Shown here: in pieces, positions 59,757 through 64,000 of the stretch
Layout: every line of letters starts with the position of its first letter
Position numbering within the stretch: position 1 is the first letter of the stretch
NCBI GenBank assembly: GCA_964621445.1
Contig: CAZUNO010000007.1
Span: forward strand, 1 to 64,000
Source of the DNA: Candidatus Hadarchaeota archaeon
Lineage (GTDB): Archaea; CAYQAE01; CAYVLA01
Length of the DNA stretch: 64,000 nucleotides
Direction of reading: 5' to 3'
Position numbers and translations under genes: made by a program
The notes under the pieces: model-generated
Databases searched by the model: none
The model's input: only the letters and a program-made list of their open reading frames with translations
What the model was told of the DNA's origin: nothing

Positions 59757-61700
59757 GTGGTGGAAATGAGAAACGGCTACCAGCACATGGTCCAGGATCA
59801 CTACGTCGATATGGTAAGGGAGATGAGTTCCCAGCGCGACAAATCGCTGCGAGAGATAGAGACCGTTGACGACGTCAGATCATATCAGGAAAGGGTCAAG
59901 GAGGCCATCGACGAGGCCTTCTCACCCAGGCCCCCGAAGACGCCTCTCAAGGCCGAGGTGACGGGGACTGTGGACAGATCGACTCACCGGATTGAAAAGG
60001 TGCTTTTTGAGAGTAGGCCGGACTGCCTGGTCAGCGCAAACCTATACCTGCCTTCGGAGCTGGATGGAAAGGCGCCGGGGGTTATAGCCCCTTGCGGACA
60101 CACCAGCAACGGGAAGGCCGGTGATTTATACCAGGGATTCTGCCAGAGGCTGGTCAACTCCGGGTTCGTGGTTCTTATGTACGACCCCTTCAATCAGGGT
60201 GAGCGGGACCAGTACTTCTACCTCGAGAATAGGGAGAAGGTTGATAGTTCGACCCATGCTCACAATATGATGGGAAAGCAGATGGAACTTCTAGGAGAGT
60301 TCTTCGGCATGTGGCGAGCATGGGATGGCGTGAGAGCCCTCGACTATCTCCTGAGCCGCCCCGAGGTAGACGAAAACCTGATTGGTCTTACCGGAAACTC
60401 CGGGGGAGGAACCCTCACCGAGTGGCTCTGGGCGGTTGATGAAAGGTTCACCATGGCTGCGCCTAGCTGTTTCATCACCACCTTCCTAGCAAACCTGGAG
60501 AATGAGCTTCCTCAGGATTCCGAGCAATACCCCCCAGGTATAATGGGGCGAGGCCTGGAGATGATAGACCTAATGGTGGCCCGGGCCCCAAAACCGGTAC
60601 TTCTGTTGGGTCAGGAGTACGATTATTTCAACAAGAGGGGCCTGGTCAAGGCCTTCCGGGATCTCAAGCATTTCTACAAGCTACTTGGCCGACCAGAAGA
60701 TGTTCAACTCCTCGTAGGTCCCCATGGCCACGGGTACCATGAGGAGAACCAGCGGGCAATGGTCGAGTTCTTCTCCTCCAAAGCGGGGGTTAAGGCCAGG
60801 CGCCTTGAAAATACCGAGGTTGTAGAAGACGGTGACCTCTGGGCAACGGAGGATGGAAATGTCGTAGCACAGGGGTCAAAGCCGGTGTTCGATATCCTTG
60901 CCGATCTCGCCGACCGGGCGAAAAGTTCGAGGAGGAAACTGGAGAAAAAAGCACTGAAGGACAGGGTAAAGGGGATATTGGCGATCCAGGAATTTGGAGG
61001 GGTACCCAGTTACCGTGTTCTCCGAGCTACCGGGCCCGATGAGGATAGGTTCGGGCGCTACGCCGTGGAAACCGAGGGAACTATCCGAGCCATACTGAGA
61101 AGACGGGTCCTCAGGGATGAGCACGTCAATCGTCTGGAGGGAAAGGAGGAAATTGATCTCTATCTACCTCACGTTTCATGCGAGGAGGATATTGAAAAGG
61201 GATGTACTTCCTCCCTGGATGAAGTTTTCTACGCCCTCGACCCCAGGGGAATGGGGGAATCACTGCCCGAGGGTGGCAAGGAGAACTATTTCCATCCCTA
61301 CGGGTTGGATTATATGTACCATGGATTCTGTCTGTTGATGGGCAGGAGCTATCTGGGAGACAGGGTGTTTGATATATTGAGAACCATGAATCTCCTGGGG
61401 GAAAAGGGAGCCGATACCATCAATCTTTGGGGAAGAGGTCAAGGCTCTATACTTGCTTTGTTCGCGGGTCTTCTCCATCCCCTAACCGGTCAGGTAACCC
61501 TTCAGAATTACCCTCCGTCCTTCGATGGATGGATGAGAGTTCCCATAGTCACCTGGCCCGCCTCGAACGTTCCCAGAGGGATTCTAAAGGAATTGGATAT
61601 CCCGGATATCCTGGAAAGCATGGGTCCCGAAGTCGAGTTAATTGATCCCTGGGGACCGGAAATGAACCCAATTGGTTCGGAAGGCTCTAAGGACACCTGA
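59757..61700 (+). CDS. Two-domain alpha/beta hydrolase (acetyl-xylan-esterase-like)
   Basis: Nucleophile motif GLTGNSGGG, PCGH, D..RALDYL..RPEVD; degenerate second domain (DPRGMGES). Confidence 0.75.
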   Translation: MVEMRNGYQHMVQDHYVDMVREMSSQRDKSLREIETVDDVRSYQERVKEAIDEAFSPRPPKTPLKAEVTGTVDRSTHRIEKVLFESRPDCLVSANLYLPSELDGKAPGVIAPCGHTSNGKAGDLYQGFCQRLVNSGFVVLMYDPFNQGERDQYFYLENREKVDSSTHAHNMMGKQMELLGEFFGMWRAWDGVRALDYLLSRPEVDENLIGLTGNSGGGTLTEWLWAVDERFTMAAPSCFITTFLANLENELPQDSEQYPPGIMGRGLEMIDLMVARAPKPVLLLGQEYDYFNKRGLVKAFRDLKHFYKLLGRPEDVQLLVGPHGHGYHEENQRAMVEFFSSKAGVKARRLENTEVVEDGDLWATEDGNVVAQGSKPVFDILADLADRAKSSRRKLEKKALKDRVKGILAIQEFGGVPSYRVLRATGPDEDRFGRYAVETEGTIRAILRRRVLRDEHVNRLEGKEEIDLYLPHVSCEEDIEKGCTSSLDEVFYALDPRGMGESLPEGGKENYFHPYGLDYMYHGFCLLMGRSYLGDRVFDILRTMNLLGEKGADTINLWGRGQGSILALFAGLLHPLTGQVTLQNYPPSFDGWMRVPIVTWPASNVPRGILKELDIPDILESMGPEVELIDPWGPEMNPIGSEGSKDT

Positions 61701-61719
61701 TATCTGAGGAGGCATATGT

Positions 61720-62784
61720 TTGTCATATGATGAGATGAAGCCAAGGGAGCGCTGGTTAGCGGTGCTTGAAAGGAGAAGGCCGGACAGGGTACCCATGGAT
61801 TACTGGGCGACACCAGAGGCTAACCAGAATCTAATCGATTACCTTGGCTGCAAGGACCTTGAACGGGCCTTTGAGATGCTTCACATCGACAAGGTGGTCT
61901 CTGTGTCCGGGAAGTACGTAGGACCGAAAGTGCCCGAGGGAGAGGACGTCTTCGGGTGCAGGTTCAAGGATGTGGAGTATGAAACGGGGATATACCGGGA
62001 GGTGATTCATAACCCGCTGGCCGAATATGAGAGCCTGAAGGAGATAAAGCAGAACTATGAATGGCCGGACCCCGACTGGTGGGATTACTCCGGAGTACCT
62101 GGCCAGATCAGGGGGAAGGAGAAATATCCCATTCGGGGAGGGGGGTCGGAGCCTTTTCTGAAATACAAGAACCTGAGAGGGCAGTGGCAGGCCTACGTTG
62201 ACCTGGTGAAGAACCCGGACATGGTCCACTACTGTCTTGACAAGCTGTTCAATTTAGCCTTTGACAAAACGAAAAGCATCTACGATCGTATACCGGGGGA
62301 GGTGATGATTACCTACATCGCGGAGGACCTCGGCACCCAGACTGGGTTATTGATGTCACCGAGGCAGATTCATGAATTTCTCATCCCCAGAATGAAAAGA
62401 ATGATGGATTTGGCCCATCAGGAAGGTGCTTTCGTCTTCCATCACAGCGACGGATCGGTGCGGGAAATACTCCCCGACATGATCGAGGCGGGAATAGATG
62501 TTCTCAATCCCGTCCAGTGGAGGTGCAAGGGCATGGATAGGGAAGGTCTAAATCGGGATTTCGGGGATCAAATAATTTTTCACGGTGCCATGGATAACCA
62601 GCGTACGCTTCCCTTCGGCGATGTAAAGGACGTAAGGGCGGAAGTTGCCGATAATTTACGGCTGCTGGGAAAGGACGGCGGCTATATTCTAGCTCCTTGC
62701 CATAATATTCAGGCGAATACCCCTGCAGAAAACGTGGTTGCCATGTACGAGGAGGGGTATAGGAGGGGCAAAGACAAGTACTAG
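61720..62784 (+). CDS. Uroporphyrinogen decarboxylase/MtaA-family protein
   Basis: MKPRER......PDRVP, EDLGTQ..LLMSP, HSDG, GIDVLNPVQ and GGYILAPCHNIQ. Confidence 0.85.
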   Translation: MSYDEMKPRERWLAVLERRRPDRVPMDYWATPEANQNLIDYLGCKDLERAFEMLHIDKVVSVSGKYVGPKVPEGEDVFGCRFKDVEYETGIYREVIHNPLAEYESLKEIKQNYEWPDPDWWDYSGVPGQIRGKEKYPIRGGGSEPFLKYKNLRGQWQAYVDLVKNPDMVHYCLDKLFNLAFDKTKSIYDRIPGEVMITYIAEDLGTQTGLLMSPRQIHEFLIPRMKRMMDLAHQEGAFVFHHSDGSVREILPDMIEAGIDVLNPVQWRCKGMDREGLNRDFGDQIIFHGAMDNQRTLPFGDVKDVRAEVADNLRLLGKDGGYILAPCHNIQANTPAENVVAMYEEGYRRGKDKY

Positions 62785-63788
62785 GATTTTTCAGCGAATT
62801 CCACAGCCTTGTCTATTGCCTCCTCAGCCTTCTCTATCTTGCTCTCGTCAAGGACCTTTCTACCGCGGTTATATGGCTTAATATCCACCCCTTTCCTGGC
62901 TAGATACATCTTCTTGGAGTTCATAGCCTTTCGAGAATAGGAGCCAGTGGCTTGGAATCGGACATTGAGGAGTTCTATGGCCTTGAATTGAGCCTTGAGG
63001 GACCTCATCATATCCCCCACCATAAAGGCGTCAAATATCTCCTTTAGGACCTCCGGGTGGGTATTGCATCCTCCACCTATGCAACCACCAGCCCCCAGAA
63101 TTAGGGAGGGCAGGAAAGCCCCTTCATGCCCGGATACCATGGTGAAGTCCCGTCCCAGAGTAGCGTTACACAAGGCACCGAAATACTTCATATCCGAGGT
63201 GGAGTACTTCATTCCCTTTAGATTCTCGAGACCTGCAAGCCTGTTTAGGAGTGAGGGTGTCATTGAATGAGGAGGCTTAACTCCTGGCGGCTGATATATG
63301 ACGATTGGGATGTCTATTGCTCGATCGACCTGCTTGTAGAGGTCGTAGATTTTTTCGGCCATGTTTCTGGCGGGACTCAGCCCCAGTGGCAGCACCACAA
63401 CGCCATCCACTCCCTGCTTTTCCGCGTACTTGCTGAACTCCAGGGTCTCCTCTATGTACTTGCCGTCGTCGGGACGTTTATCCCTCTCCCCGCTGGGGAA
63501 GGTGCCCGAGGTCCCCGAGATGACGTACATGTCCCCTCTGGACTGTTCCACAACCAGGTCGATCATGGTCTGGACCTCTTCATAGCTATAGGTGAACATC
63601 TGGCCGGTCCCGGACCTAACGAAGATGGTGTTTACCGCGCCGGTGTCCCTGTACCAATCCACCAGCGAGCGGTTCCCTCCAAGGTCTAGGGACAGATCCT
63701 CGTTCAACGCGGTTAGCATAGGCGTTATTACCCCGGTCAGGAATTCCGGCATTTCCTTCTCGGTTATGGGATGTGTGAGGTACTCCAT
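62781..63788 (-). CDS. Dihydrodipicolinate synthase/N-acetylneuraminate lyase-family aldolase
   Basis: GVITPMLT, Schiff-base region IYQPP...GMKYST; non-canonical RSGTGQ in place of GTTGE. Confidence 0.78.
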   Translation of the reverse strand: MEYLTHPITEKEMPEFLTGVITPMLTALNEDLSLDLGGNRSLVDWYRDTGAVNTIFVRSGTGQMFTYSYEEVQTMIDLVVEQSRGDMYVISGTSGTFPSGERDKRPDDGKYIEETLEFSKYAEKQGVDGVVVLPLGLSPARNMAEKIYDLYKQVDRAIDIPIVIYQPPGVKPPHSMTPSLLNRLAGLENLKGMKYSTSDMKYFGALCNATLGRDFTMVSGHEGAFLPSLILGAGGCIGGGCNTHPEVLKEIFDAFMVGDMMRSLKAQFKAIELLNVRFQATGSYSRKAMNSKKMYLARKGVDIKPYNRGRKVLDESKIEKAEEAIDKAVEFAEKS

Positions 63789-63902
63789 GTTCTCGACTCC
63801 GAATCCGGTGTAAATAAATGTCGGCCACACCTGGAGGTTTTTTGGCACTCAACGGATCGCATTTAAAACGATCGTGTCGCGGTGAACACAGGAGAAGTTC
63901 CA

Positions 63903-64000
63903 ATGAAGATGCGGGAAAGAGTAATGGAAGCCCTTACCTGGGGTGACCCCGATTATGTTCCCTGGATACCCAAGAGGAACCACACGCCGCGCGATTCCAA
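63903..64000 (+). CDS. 5' end of a probable further URO-D-family protein (truncated by window)
   Basis: MKMRERVMEALTWGDPDYVPW matches the N-terminal M..RER...AL....PD.VP pattern; AGGAG RBS upstream. Confidence 0.55.
   Translation, partial: MKMRERVMEALTWGDPDYVPWIPKRNHTPRDS

Noticed and set aside
62781-63788. Calling the DHDPS-like gene dapA to complete the lysine pathway with dapL/dapF
   Set aside because: It lacks the canonical GTTGE motif and lies among catabolic-type genes far from the dap genes.
286-63903. Numerous antisense and overlapping ORFs in the six-frame track (e.g. 329-979, 10559-11263, 26957-27802, 36807-37445)
   Set aside because: They are shadows of well-supported genes on the opposite strand or frame and carry no recognisable motifs.

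Overview
Archaeal chromosomal segment of moderate GC content, with no recognisable CRISPR array, transposase, integrase or reverse transcriptase. Housekeeping genes include FBP aldolase/phosphatase, TPI, an NfnAB/SudAB pair, a three-gene RPA operon, thermosome, L18e-L13-S9-RpoN, TyrRS and fused GMP synthase. Metabolic and accessory genes include a probable cobalamin ECF importer, a class II photolyase, several URO-D-family proteins, hydrolases and a ~13 kb nitrogen-assimilation cluster (glnK-amtB, split glutamate synthase with dapL/dapF, glnA). Three things stand out. (1) The palindrome ATACGTAT recurs in all three nitrogen-assimilation promoters, twice as a pair exactly 19 bp apart, around a divergent AbrB-PhoU regulator; this suggests an NrpR-independent archaeal nitrogen regulon. 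(2) Six dispersed paralogs of an uncharacterised surface-protein family share a signal peptide, a GATase-like head, a helical stalk and a highly conserved TM/cytoplasmic tail; two copies are disrupted. (3) Two tRNA genes carry non-canonical BHB introns: tRNA-Arg(UCU) at 29/30, and tRNA-Gln(UUG) with three introns at 10/11, 37/38 and 53/54. All product calls come from motif recognition by eye; no database searches were run.
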